A stretch of DNA of 32,000 nucleotides, taken from positions 179,792 through 211,791 of the forward strand of contig NZ_CBDBHW010000006.1 in assembly GCF_965205715.1 (NCBI RefSeq), read 5' to 3'. Of the stretch, positions 1-8,377 are shown in pieces (positions within the stretch are counted from its first letter, which is position 1; each line of letters starts with the position of its first letter). The notes beneath the pieces are model-generated. The model was not told the origin of the DNA, searched no databases, and saw only the letters and a program-made list of their open reading frames with translations. This stretch comes from Kiloniella sp. (GTDB lineage Bacteria; Pseudomonadota; Alphaproteobacteria; Kiloniellales; Kiloniellaceae). Position numbers and translations under genes: made by a program.

Positions 1-1359
1 CTCTTCTGCAATGTAATTTGTCGTCAGACGGCCTTCCTTAAAGCGATCTTGTGACATTACCGCAGAGAGGAAACCCATATTGTGGTTAATCCCGCGGATA
101 TAATAAGCATCCAACGCCGTGCGCATGCTCTCAATGGCAGTCTCGCGATCAGGCCCATAGGTACAGAGTTTGGCGATCATTGGATCGTAGAACATAGAGA
201 TCTCGGATCCCTCTTCGACCCCTGTATCAACACGGATTACCGGACGACCATTGTACTCTTCGTCAGATTCTGGCGCTTCATAGCGTACCAGACGACCAAT
301 AGACGGCAGGAAGTTACGCAAGGGATCTTCAGCGTAGACACGCGATTCAATAGCCCAACCTTCGAGCTTAACTTCATCCTGTGTCAATGCGAGCTTTTCG
401 CCAGCAGCAACTCGGATCATCCACTCGACAATATCGATACCGGTGATTAATTCGGTCACCGGATGTTCTACCTGAATACGTGTATTCATTTCCAGGAAGT
501 AAAAGTTCTTATCTTTATCGACAATAAACTCCACTGTACCTGCAGAGTGATAATTTACAGCCTGACCAAGAGCGACAGCTTCGCTCCCCATCTTTGCCCT
601 CGTTGCTTCATCCAAAAAAGGAGATGGCGCTTCTTCGATTACCTTTTGATGGCGACGTTGGATAGAGCACTCACGCTCACCAAGATGGATAACATTTCCA
701 TGTTTATCGCCGATAACCTGAATTTCAATATGCCGAGGCTCTTCAATAAACTTTTCAATAAAGATACGATCATCACCAAAACTCGTCCGGGCTTCGTTCT
801 GGGCAGAACGATAACCTTCTCGAGCTTCGTCGTTATTATAGGCGACACGCATCCCCTTACCACCACCACCGGCAGAGGCTTTGATCATAACGGGATAGCC
901 GATACTGCTTGAAATCTGGACGGCTTCTTCAGCGTCCTTGATCAAATCCATATGGCCTGGAACCGTACTTACTTTTGAAGCCTGAGCCAGGTGTTTGGAT
1001 TCAATTTTGTCACCCATCGCCGCGATAGCGTTTGTAGGAGGACCGATGAAAACGATATCCGCATCATCCAGCGCCTTAACGAATGTAGAGTTTTCAGATA
1101 AAAATCCGAATCCCGGGTGAACCGCCTGGGCGCCGGTTTCTTTACAAGCTGCGATAATCTTCTCGATTACCAGATAGCTTTCAGCTGAAGCCGCAGGACC
1201 AATATGAACAGCTTCATCAGCCATTTCTACGTGGAGCGATGATGCATCAGCATCAGAATAGACAGCAACCGTTTTAATACCCAGGCGTTGGGCGGTACGG
1301 ATGACGCGGCAGGCAATCTCGCCACGATTTGCAATAAGGATCTTCTCAAACAAGGCCAC
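1..1359 (-). CDS. pccA: Propionyl-CoA carboxylase alpha subunit (biotin carboxylase / ATP-grasp part), 5' portion; CDS runs off the left edge
   Basis: Not in the ORF track because there is no stop in the window. The minus-strand frame is open from 1359 to position 1 (453 codons, in frame to the edge). GTG at 1359-1357 has AGGGGG 9 nt upstream. My translation is [38 protein letters not shown]...[19 protein letters not shown]...[16 protein letters not shown]...[10 protein letters not shown], the biotin carboxylase signature. It lies directly downstream of pccB on the same strand. Confidence 0.85.
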   Translation of the reverse strand, partial: MALFEKILIANRGEIACRVIRTAQRLGIKTVAVYSDADASSLHVEMADEAVHIGPAASAESYLVIEKIIAACKETGAQAVHPGFGFLSENSTFVKALDDADIVFIGPPTNAIAAMGDKIESKHLAQASKVSTVPGHMDLIKDAEEAVQISSSIGYPVMIKASAGGGGKGMRVAYNNDEAREGYRSAQNEARTSFGDDRIFIEKFIEEPRHIEIQVIGDKHGNVIHLGERECSIQRRHQKVIEEAPSPFLDEATRAKMGSEAVALGQAVNYHSAGTVEFIVDKDKNFYFLEMNTRIQVEHPVTELITGIDIVEWMIRVAAGEKLALTQDEVKLEGWAIESRVYAEDPLRNFLPSIGRLVRYEAPESDEEYNGRPVIRVDTGVEEGSEISMFYDPMIAKLCTYGPDRETAIESMRTALDAYYIRGINHNMGFLSAVMSQDRFKEGRLTTNYIAEE

Positions 1360-1432
1360 GATATTAAGCCCCCTGATTTGTTAGACACATTAACTTTGAA
1401 CCCTGTCCGTTTACAGGACAGTTATCCAATAA

Positions 1433-2977
1433 TTAAAGCGGCAAGTTGCTATGTTTTTTCCAAGGATTCTGCTGCTGCTTGTTCTGAAGCATACGCAGGG
1501 CTTTCGCGACACGACGACGCGTACCATGCGGCATAATCACATCATCGATAAAGCCACGAGAGGCAGCGACAAAGGGGTTCGCAAACTTCTGACGATACTC
1601 TTCAGTCCGCTCCTCAATCTTCTCCGCATCGCCGATATCCTGACGGAAGATGATTTCAACAGCCCCTTTAGGGCCCATTACCGCAATCTCGGAAGTTGGC
1701 CAGGCGTAGTTCACGTCTCCTCGCAGGTGTTTAGAGGACATAACATCATAAGCACCTCCATAAGCCTTACGGGTAATAACCGTAACCTTTGGAACTGTCG
1801 CCTCTGCATAAGCATAGAGAAGCTTGGCACCATGTTTTATGATCCCATTGTATTCCTGGGATGTGCCGGGCAAGAAACCAGGAACATCAACCAGAGTAAC
1901 AAGTGGAATATTGAAGCAGTCACAGAATCTGACAAAACGCGCAGCTTTAATAGAAGAAGCAATATCCAGACAACCAGCGAGTACCATTGGCTGATTGGCA
2001 ATAATACCGACGCTCTCTCCATCGATGCGCGCCAAACCGATCAAGATATTTCCAGCATATTCCGGCTGAATTTCAAAGAAATCGCCATCATCAACCATCT
2101 TGGTGATCAGCTCTTTCATATCATACGGCTTGTTAGGATTATCGGGAATTAGGGTATCAAGAGAAAACTCATCCCGATCAGGAGCATCAGCTGTAGGTTT
2201 TGAGGGGGCTTTTTCGCGATTGGAAGAGGGAATAAAATCCATGAAACGACGGAGTTCAAGTAAAGCCTCTACATCATTTTCAAATGCGAGATCAGCTACA
2301 CCTGATTTACTGGTGTGGGTAATCGCGCCACCAAGTTCTTCCGCAGTTACTTCTTCGTGGGTCACGGTTTTAACAACATCAGGACCTGTCACGAACATAT
2401 AAGAGCTGTCTTTAACCATGAAGATGAAGTCTGTGAGAGCCGGTGAATAAACAGCACCACCCGCACAAGGACCCATAATCATAGATATTTGAGGAACAAC
2501 CCCAGATGCCATCGCATTGCGTTGGAATATCTCTGCATATCCGGCAAGAGAGTCCACACCTTCTTGGATACGTGCACCACCAGAATCATTAAGGCCGATG
2601 ACTGGGGCACCGACCTCCATGGCTTTATCCATGATTTTGATAATTTTGTGGGCGTGAGAGGCGGAAAGGGATCCGCCAAAAACGGTAAAATCCTGGCTAT
2701 AAACAAAAACCAAGCGTCCATTAATGGTTCCGCTACCCGTTACGACCCCATCACCGGGGACACTTTGTTGTTCCATTCCAAAGTCGATGCAACGGTGTTC
2801 AACAAACATATCCCATTCTTCAAAGGACCCTTCGTCCAAAAGAATATCGATACGCTCGCGCGCTGTTAATTTACCTTTGCCGTGTTGAGCCCCTACTCGA
2901 CGCTCTCCACCGCCTGCTCTGGCAGCCTGTCGCTTTGCTTCCAGCTTTTGAATGATATCCTGCACGTGTTCCCCCAC
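1433..2977 (-). CDS. pccB: Propionyl-CoA carboxylase beta subunit (carboxyltransferase)
   Basis: 514-aa [57 protein letters not shown]..., the typical acyl-CoA carboxyltransferase N-terminus and length. It is adjacent to pccA. The start is GTG at 2977. An in-frame GTG at 2965 preceded by GGGGGA is an alternative start. Confidence 0.92.
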   Translation of the reverse strand: MGEHVQDIIQKLEAKRQAARAGGGERRVGAQHGKGKLTARERIDILLDEGSFEEWDMFVEHRCIDFGMEQQSVPGDGVVTGSGTINGRLVFVYSQDFTVFGGSLSASHAHKIIKIMDKAMEVGAPVIGLNDSGGARIQEGVDSLAGYAEIFQRNAMASGVVPQISMIMGPCAGGAVYSPALTDFIFMVKDSSYMFVTGPDVVKTVTHEEVTAEELGGAITHTSKSGVADLAFENDVEALLELRRFMDFIPSSNREKAPSKPTADAPDRDEFSLDTLIPDNPNKPYDMKELITKMVDDGDFFEIQPEYAGNILIGLARIDGESVGIIANQPMVLAGCLDIASSIKAARFVRFCDCFNIPLVTLVDVPGFLPGTSQEYNGIIKHGAKLLYAYAEATVPKVTVITRKAYGGAYDVMSSKHLRGDVNYAWPTSEIAVMGPKGAVEIIFRQDIGDAEKIEERTEEYRQKFANPFVAASRGFIDDVIMPHGTRRRVAKALRMLQNKQQQNPWKKHSNLPL

Positions 2978-3061
2978 GTTGTTTTATGGTTATATTAGTG
3001 CCGCAGTTTTGCACTGCGATATAAACAGGACGTCATTGATAGCACGTAGGGATAAGGGATA

Positions 3062-3793
3062 CTAGTGCTCTGTAACGTGATCGTCACGGACTAGACTTAA
3101 AAATTTCATTGCAGTGCGAAAATCAGTTAATATATTTACATGGCGCTCTTCTGCTTCATCATCCACACCCCAGCGTTCCATTTGAAAAACTTCATGTAAA
3201 AGAACCGCTTCGTGCGCCTTTTCAGCATTGATATGCCCTTTGAGCATTGCTAAACCAACGACAAGAGATCCTCCTATCCTTACCACACTCGATAAAGCTG
3301 CCAATTCCATATTGGAGAATGTGCACACTGCGTTATGCAGTGCTTTCAAAGAGCTCTCTTGCTGATCTACACTTAAAAATCCACTGGTAATTGCAAGGGG
3401 GGCATCTAGCGTCAGCGCCGTCCAATCCAGAAGTGGCTGCCATATTTCATTCTGGAGATCTTGAAGCTCTGGCATGCTATCATCCCAATAACACAACAAA
3501 TCATGCCCTGCATAAGCAGAAATACCTTCTGCGACTTCATCACGCTGTCCTCCGATCCAATCAATCGCCGTACAGGTAAAGGTCATCATCGGCATTGTTG
3601 TCGAATCAATCTCTTTACCTTGCCGATCCCATTCATCTGCAACAACTTGCGCCAGTCCCATTGTTGGGAAAAGCAAAGGCAATTGCTCAGGTGTTTTAAC
3701 GATCCGTCCGTCTAAAAGCACAACGAAGCCCTCTTCTTGAGCTTCTGCAGTGGCTTTTTTGTAAAAACGTTTTAAGGCGAGTGATGAAGACAT
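3062..3793 (-). CDS. ATP12-family F1-ATPase assembly chaperone
   Basis: ORF ...LKRFYKKATAEAQEEGFVVLLDGRIVKTPEQLPLLFPTMGLAQVVADEWD... matches the ATP12/ATPAF2 family N-terminal pattern (KRFYK..., LDGR.vkTP). This family is restricted to alphaproteobacteria and mitochondria. The ORF track starts at TTG 3802; I prefer ATG 3793 (MSSSLALKRFYK), but the start is uncertain. Confidence 0.8.
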   Translation of the reverse strand: MSSSLALKRFYKKATAEAQEEGFVVLLDGRIVKTPEQLPLLFPTMGLAQVVADEWDRQGKEIDSTTMPMMTFTCTAIDWIGGQRDEVAEGISAYAGHDLLCYWDDSMPELQDLQNEIWQPLLDWTALTLDAPLAITSGFLSVDQQESSLKALHNAVCTFSNMELAALSSVVRIGGSLVVGLAMLKGHINAEKAHEAVLLHEVFQMERWGVDDEAEERHVNILTDFRTAMKFLSLVRDDHVTEH

Positions 3794-3848
3794 GACGTTC
3801 AAAATATCCGTAGTCTAGTTGCTTGTGAGCTCAAAAAAGCTGGTGGGA

Positions 3849-4538
3849 TTATACCAGATCTCGGAAAGACGTGGGTAAATCTTCGCAAGAATTTACAATT
3901 GTATGCGCACCGGCTTGAAAAAGTTGATTATTTGTATGGTAACCCCATGAAACTCCCACGGCTGTAACACCAGCAGAACGGGCCATTTCTATATCGTAAG
4001 TGGTATCACCAATCATGACGGTATCAAAAGGATCAACCCCATTTTCGGCCATTGCCTGATGCAAAATTTCAGGATGTGGTTTACTTGGCCCGTCATCAGC
4101 TGTTTTTAATGTTACAAAATAATCAGATAATTTATGGTGTTCGAGGCTCTTCTCTAGCCCCCTAAGGTTTTTCCCTGTTGCGATCGCCAAAAGAGTATCC
4201 GGTGTATTAAGCCTATCTAACATCCCTCTCACACCAGGAAATACCGGCTCGTCAAAATCAGGGAGCTGTCTGGCCTTGATAAAAGCCTGCCGATAAGAAT
4301 CAGAGACAGAACAAGCCAACTCCCAAGGCGATCTCTCAGGTAACATCTCCGCAACCGCATATTCCAACTTCAAGCCCACTATGCGCCTGACATCGTCAAG
4401 AGTGGGGGCTTTGAGACCGTTTTCGATAAAGGCGGCGACCATATATCTATGAATATTGTACTGGCTGTCGACGAGGGTTCCGTCGAAATCAAAAATCACC
4501 AACTTGAAACGATGTTGTAACACTTGCACCCCATTCAT
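3849..4538 (-). CDS. HAD-superfamily hydrolase (subfamily IA, phosphoglycolate-phosphatase-like)
   Basis: 229 aa with the HAD motifs: I FDFDGTLVDS, II LAIATGK, III SKPHP, IV GDTTYD. There is no clear SD at ATG 4538, so the start may lie a few codons downstream. Confidence 0.8.
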   Translation of the reverse strand: MNGVQVLQHRFKLVIFDFDGTLVDSQYNIHRYMVAAFIENGLKAPTLDDVRRIVGLKLEYAVAEMLPERSPWELACSVSDSYRQAFIKARQLPDFDEPVFPGVRGMLDRLNTPDTLLAIATGKNLRGLEKSLEHHKLSDYFVTLKTADDGPSKPHPEILHQAMAENGVDPFDTVMIGDTTYDIEMARSAGVTAVGVSWGYHTNNQLFQAGAHTIVNSCEDLPTSFRDLV

Positions 4539-4611
4539 TCATTATGAACCGTCCAGTACCAGCTAGCCCTAAGACGAAACGGTCTCAGGGGCATAACGGC
4601 TCATATATCAA

Positions 4612-5688
4612 TTAATCGTGTAATCTATCTTCTTTAGTATTGAAGAAATTACGAAGTTCTTGAGGTGGACAGTGAGCAAGATCCCCCGCATAGCCTTCAA
4701 GAAGTTCAATTGAGTTTTCGCCGTGTTTTGGATTGAATCCAAGGCTCTCCCAAGCTTGCACCATATGAGGAGACAACTCTGCTCTTATACGTAGGGTTGT
4801 TCCATCTTCTGGATGCGGAATCGCTATTTCACGCGCATGTAACATCATGTCTTTTGGTATTTTATCACCTAGCGGATAGGCATTTTTGCCACCGTACTTG
4901 CCATCTCCAAGGATTGGAGCCTCAAGCGCGCCACAATGAGCACGTAACTGATGGGTACGACCAGTGAGCGGCATAAGGGCAACCCACGCAGCTTTACGTC
5001 CTGCTTTATCAATTCTGTTATAAAGGGTCAGGGCTTCTTTACCGGTATCGTAATCGACAACCATTTTTTCGCCTTGAGAACCTGGCTGCTTATCCAATGG
5101 CAAGTATATCCAGCCCTTCTTTTGGGGAGGAACCGCACCAACAAGAGCCCAATAAACCTTTTTAGCCGTTTTCCCTTTAAAAGATTTTGTTAGAACCCGA
5201 GCAGCGGGTGCATTACGCGCCAGAAGCAAAACACCACTGGTATCTTTATCAAGACGATGCACAAGTCTTGGCTTCTCTTGTTTCTCATAGCGCAATGCAT
5301 CCAACATACCATCCAGATGCTTACTTTGACCTGTACCACCTTGCACAGCTAAGCCTGCAGGCTTGTTAATAGCCAAGACCCAGTCATCTTTATAGATTAC
5401 CATATCCCGAACGACCTGCATCTCTTCACGGGTCATCACCACTTCAGAGGCTGATTTCCTTGGCCGATCAGCTGCTGATTTATCTGGAACCGGAGGCACG
5501 CGAATTTCTTGACCAGGTTCTAGGCGGGTAGAAGCCTTCGCTCTTTTTCCGTCGATGCGCACTTGCCCTTTACGGAGCATTTTTTCGACCTGAATATAGC
5601 TAAAAGCTGGATAATATTTTTTGAACCAACGATCCAGACGTACACCACCATCATGTGGCCCAACTTTAACCATGGTTACAGCGCTCAT
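4612..5688 (-). CDS. RluA-family 23S rRNA pseudouridine synthase (RluC/RluD-like, with N-terminal S4 domain)
   Basis: HRLDKDTSGVLLLAR catalytic-Asp motif and the S4-like N-terminus VRLDRWFKKYYP. The ORF-track start at 5757 overlaps crcB by 73 nt. ATG 5688 forms an ATGA overlap with the crcB stop (5685-5688) and gives the N-terminus MSAVTMVKVGPHDGG. Confidence 0.85.
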   Translation of the reverse strand: MSAVTMVKVGPHDGGVRLDRWFKKYYPAFSYIQVEKMLRKGQVRIDGKRAKASTRLEPGQEIRVPPVPDKSAADRPRKSASEVVMTREEMQVVRDMVIYKDDWVLAINKPAGLAVQGGTGQSKHLDGMLDALRYEKQEKPRLVHRLDKDTSGVLLLARNAPAARVLTKSFKGKTAKKVYWALVGAVPPQKKGWIYLPLDKQPGSQGEKMVVDYDTGKEALTLYNRIDKAGRKAAWVALMPLTGRTHQLRAHCGALEAPILGDGKYGGKNAYPLGDKIPKDMMLHAREIAIPHPEDGTTLRIRAELSPHMVQAWESLGFNPKHGENSIELLEGYAGDLAHCPPQELRNFFNTKEDRLHD

Positions 5689-6065
5689 ACGACAAAAGAC
5701 CTCATTAGATAATAGCCAGCAATAAAGGCTGCTATAGAGAGAAAAACAGACAAACACAAGTAGAGTACTGCTAGACCCATCGCATCGCGTTGGATCAGCA
5801 CAACAACATCCATTGAAAATGTAGAGAAAGTCGTAAAGGCCCCGAGTAATCCGACGGTAAGAAATGCTCTTATTTCAGGAGAGGCAATACCCCCGGACCC
5901 AATCCAGGGAACAATAAGTCCCATGACAAAGGAACCAACGATGTTCACAGTCAACGTACCACTTGGGATCATAGTACCGACAAGTGAGCCCATCATGAGA
6001 AAGACCAGGTATCGGCCCATTGCGCCAATAGCGCCCCCCAGGGCAACTGCCGCCAACATTTTCAT
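5685..6065 (-). CDS. crcB: Fluoride ion channel CrcB/Fluc
   Basis: 126 aa and very hydrophobic: MKMLAAVALGGAIGAMGRYL...GTLTVNIVGSFVMG...GLLGAFTTFSTFS. This is the CrcB family signature (GxxGxxxRY, N..GsF, TTFSTF). Confidence 0.9.
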   Translation of the reverse strand: MKMLAAVALGGAIGAMGRYLVFLMMGSLVGTMIPSGTLTVNIVGSFVMGLIVPWIGSGGIASPEIRAFLTVGLLGAFTTFSTFSMDVVVLIQRDAMGLAVLYLCLSVFLSIAAFIAGYYLMRSFVV

Positions 6066-6195
6066 CTTAGACCTGCCTTACGCGTTCCCCTGAAGGAATA
6101 CTTCCTACATCTAACAATTAGTTATGAAATAGGTATCAAAGAAGCTGGCCTATTGCAAAAATCTCTATTCTCAATTGAAATCTATATAGCAGGTC

Positions 6196-6873
6196 TTAAG
6201 CCGCTTTATCTTTTTCGCTATCTTCGCGTGGATCATTCAGCCAGGACAGCAGTTCATCCGTATCCATAAGATATACACCCATACGTCCTAGCTCTCTCAG
6301 ACCTTGCTCTGTGGCGTTGCAAAGTGCATCAGGAACAACAATCACACGGAAATCACGGGCACTTGCTTCGTAAATCGTGGCACGTGTAGCCGTCGTAAAT
6401 GAGAAACCACACAGTACAAGCGTGTTTACATCACGACCACGGAGTTCGTCTTCCAATGGCGTGTCATGAAAAGCACCCCAGCGTGGACGATAAAAAATAG
6501 ATTCATTATCGCCAATCGATTGCAGCTTTCCATCAAACAGGATATCAGGATTAATTCTGACTTCCGCACCTTCAGGTTGGATCTCATCAACCAACTCAGC
6601 ACCAAGACTGCCTGGCATGAAAATCCGAAGACCTTCTTCAACGGCCGTACGACGACACAGATCAACATTTGATCCATCTGTCTTATAAAGACGAATTGAA
6701 TGGTACACAGGTGCTAACCGATCGCGGAATCCTTGAACCAATTTCTCCATGGCAGGAATGGCTCTGGAAAGTCCCGATGCCCGTATGGGGGAGCTCGGAA
6801 GAATATAGTCTCTCTGTGCAGACAGGGTAATGAGGGCCACATGATCTTTTTGCGGTCGAATATACTCTGGCAT
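6196..6873 (-). CDS. Isochorismatase-fold (cysteine-hydrolase-like) protein, possibly non-catalytic
   Basis: 225 aa. ALITLSAQRDY (beta1), RPRWGAF and VNTLVLCGFSFTTATRATIYEASARDFRVIVVPDA align by eye to the isochorismatase-family core blocks. A good SD (AGAGGG) lies about 10 nt upstream of ATG 6873. Confidence 0.7.
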   Translation of the reverse strand: MPEYIRPQKDHVALITLSAQRDYILPSSPIRASGLSRAIPAMEKLVQGFRDRLAPVYHSIRLYKTDGSNVDLCRRTAVEEGLRIFMPGSLGAELVDEIQPEGAEVRINPDILFDGKLQSIGDNESIFYRPRWGAFHDTPLEDELRGRDVNTLVLCGFSFTTATRATIYEASARDFRVIVVPDALCNATEQGLRELGRMGVYLMDTDELLSWLNDPREDSEKDKAA

Positions 6874-7032
6874 AAGTGACTTACCCTCTAGGAACGTCGC
6901 CCATGTCTGCTGGACATGGTGATTTGTTGTAGGATCAATTCATACAAGTAACACCGAAATGTCACATCTCCGCAATCGCCAGATGTTCATGGCAGCTACG
7001 CAGAATTTGCATTCCTTAGCAAATCACTAGGA

Positions 7033-8319
7033 TTACTGCCGCTCTTGGCGAAGCTTATCCCAATACAAAAGACGTTTTTTTACTTCACGCTCAAAGCCTC
7101 TTTCCACCGGTTGGTAGAAATTGTGTCGCGGCATATTATCCGGAAAGTAGTTTTGTCCGGAAAAACCATCTTTTGCATCGTGGTCGTATGCGTAGCCTTT
7201 TCCATACCCAAGATCCTTCATCATCTTGGTTGGGGCATTAAGAATATGCTTTGGAGGAGACAGCGATCCTGTCTCTTTGGCGACGTGAACACTCGTTTTA
7301 TACGCTTTATAAGCCGCATTTGATTTCGGTGCCGTACCCAAATAAATCACTGCCTGTGCCAAGGCCAATTCACCCTCAGGAGAACCCAATCGTTCAAATG
7401 ATTGCCATGCATGCAGGGCTTGTGTCATGGCATTGGGATCAGCCAAACCAATGTCTTCGACGGCGAAGCGCAATAACCGACGCGCTATGAAGTTAGGGTC
7501 CTCTCCACCAGCCAGCATGCGCGCGAGCCAATAGAGGGCACCATCGCAATCAGAACCACGGAGAGATTTATGCAACGCAGAAATTAGGTTGTAATGCCCC
7601 TCTTGCCCCTTGTCATAGATCGGTGCTCTTTTCTGTATAACTTCTGCGAGTTCACTACTATCCATTTCATTACTCGGCGGTAGGTTAAAGAGCTCCTCTG
7701 CCATATTGAGTAAATAGCGCCCATCACCATCTGCCATGGCAATCACGGATTGCCTGGCTTCATCTGTCAGAGGAAGAGTAAAGCCCATCTCCTGCTCTGC
7801 ACGAACAAGTAAATCAAGCATTCCACCTTCATCCAGCCGCTTAAGAACCATAACTTGCGAACGCGATAAAACCGCGGCGTTCAGCTCAAAAGATGGGTTT
7901 TCGGTAGTTGCGCCGACAAGGACGATTGTGCCGTCTTCCATATGCGGAAGGAAACTATCTTGTTGTGCCCGGTTAAAACGGTGAATCTCATCAATAAAAA
8001 GGAGTGTCCCCTGCCCCATGGCCCGGCGTTCCCGAGCACGTTCAAAAATCTTCCTGAGATCTGCCACACCGGAAAAAATAGCCGATATAGGCTCAAAATG
8101 AAGATCCGTAACATCTGCCAGTAATCGTGCGATAGTCGTCTTACCACAGCCCGGCGTCCCCCAAAGGATCATGGACGCCAACCGTTGAGCACGTACCATC
8201 CGCCCTATGGGTCCAGTTTCACCAACTAGATGGTCTTGCCCCACCACCTCGTCCAGTGTTTTAGGGCGCAAGCGATCAGCCAAAGGCCGTGTTGCTTCAT
8301 TTTCAAAAAGTCCCGCCAC
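7033..8319 (-). CDS. rarA: Replication-associated recombination protein A (AAA+ ATPase)
   Basis: 428 aa with Walker A GTPGCGKTT and Walker B LLFIDEIHRFN, plus the MgsA C-terminal block HYNLISALHKSLRGSD. GTG start at 8319 with GAGGA 7 nt upstream. Confidence 0.93.
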   Translation of the reverse strand: MAGLFENEATRPLADRLRPKTLDEVVGQDHLVGETGPIGRMVRAQRLASMILWGTPGCGKTTIARLLADVTDLHFEPISAIFSGVADLRKIFERARERRAMGQGTLLFIDEIHRFNRAQQDSFLPHMEDGTIVLVGATTENPSFELNAAVLSRSQVMVLKRLDEGGMLDLLVRAEQEMGFTLPLTDEARQSVIAMADGDGRYLLNMAEELFNLPPSNEMDSSELAEVIQKRAPIYDKGQEGHYNLISALHKSLRGSDCDGALYWLARMLAGGEDPNFIARRLLRFAVEDIGLADPNAMTQALHAWQSFERLGSPEGELALAQAVIYLGTAPKSNAAYKAYKTSVHVAKETGSLSPPKHILNAPTKMMKDLGYGKGYAYDHDAKDGFSGQNYFPDNMPRHNFYQPVERGFEREVKKRLLYWDKLRQERQ

Positions 8320-8377
8320 GGATCTATCCTCTAACAGACGGTGAAGTACTATAAAACATTGTTATAAAAACTTTATA

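Noticed and set aside
82-912. Plus-strand ORFs 82-450 and 463-912 (and the minus-strand ORF 639-869)
   Set aside because: They are antisense or out of frame relative to the pccA biotin carboxylase reading frame, which accounts for the whole region.
6066-6195. Canonical fluoride (crcB-motif) riboswitch upstream of crcB
   Set aside because: I read the minus strand of the spacer looking for the conserved core as I remember it (GGnGAUGG...UUCnCC helix and the CUGAUGA...CCU segment) and did not find it. The nearest element, AGGAAGUAUUCCUU, is just a short hairpin. This needs cmsearch to be definitive.
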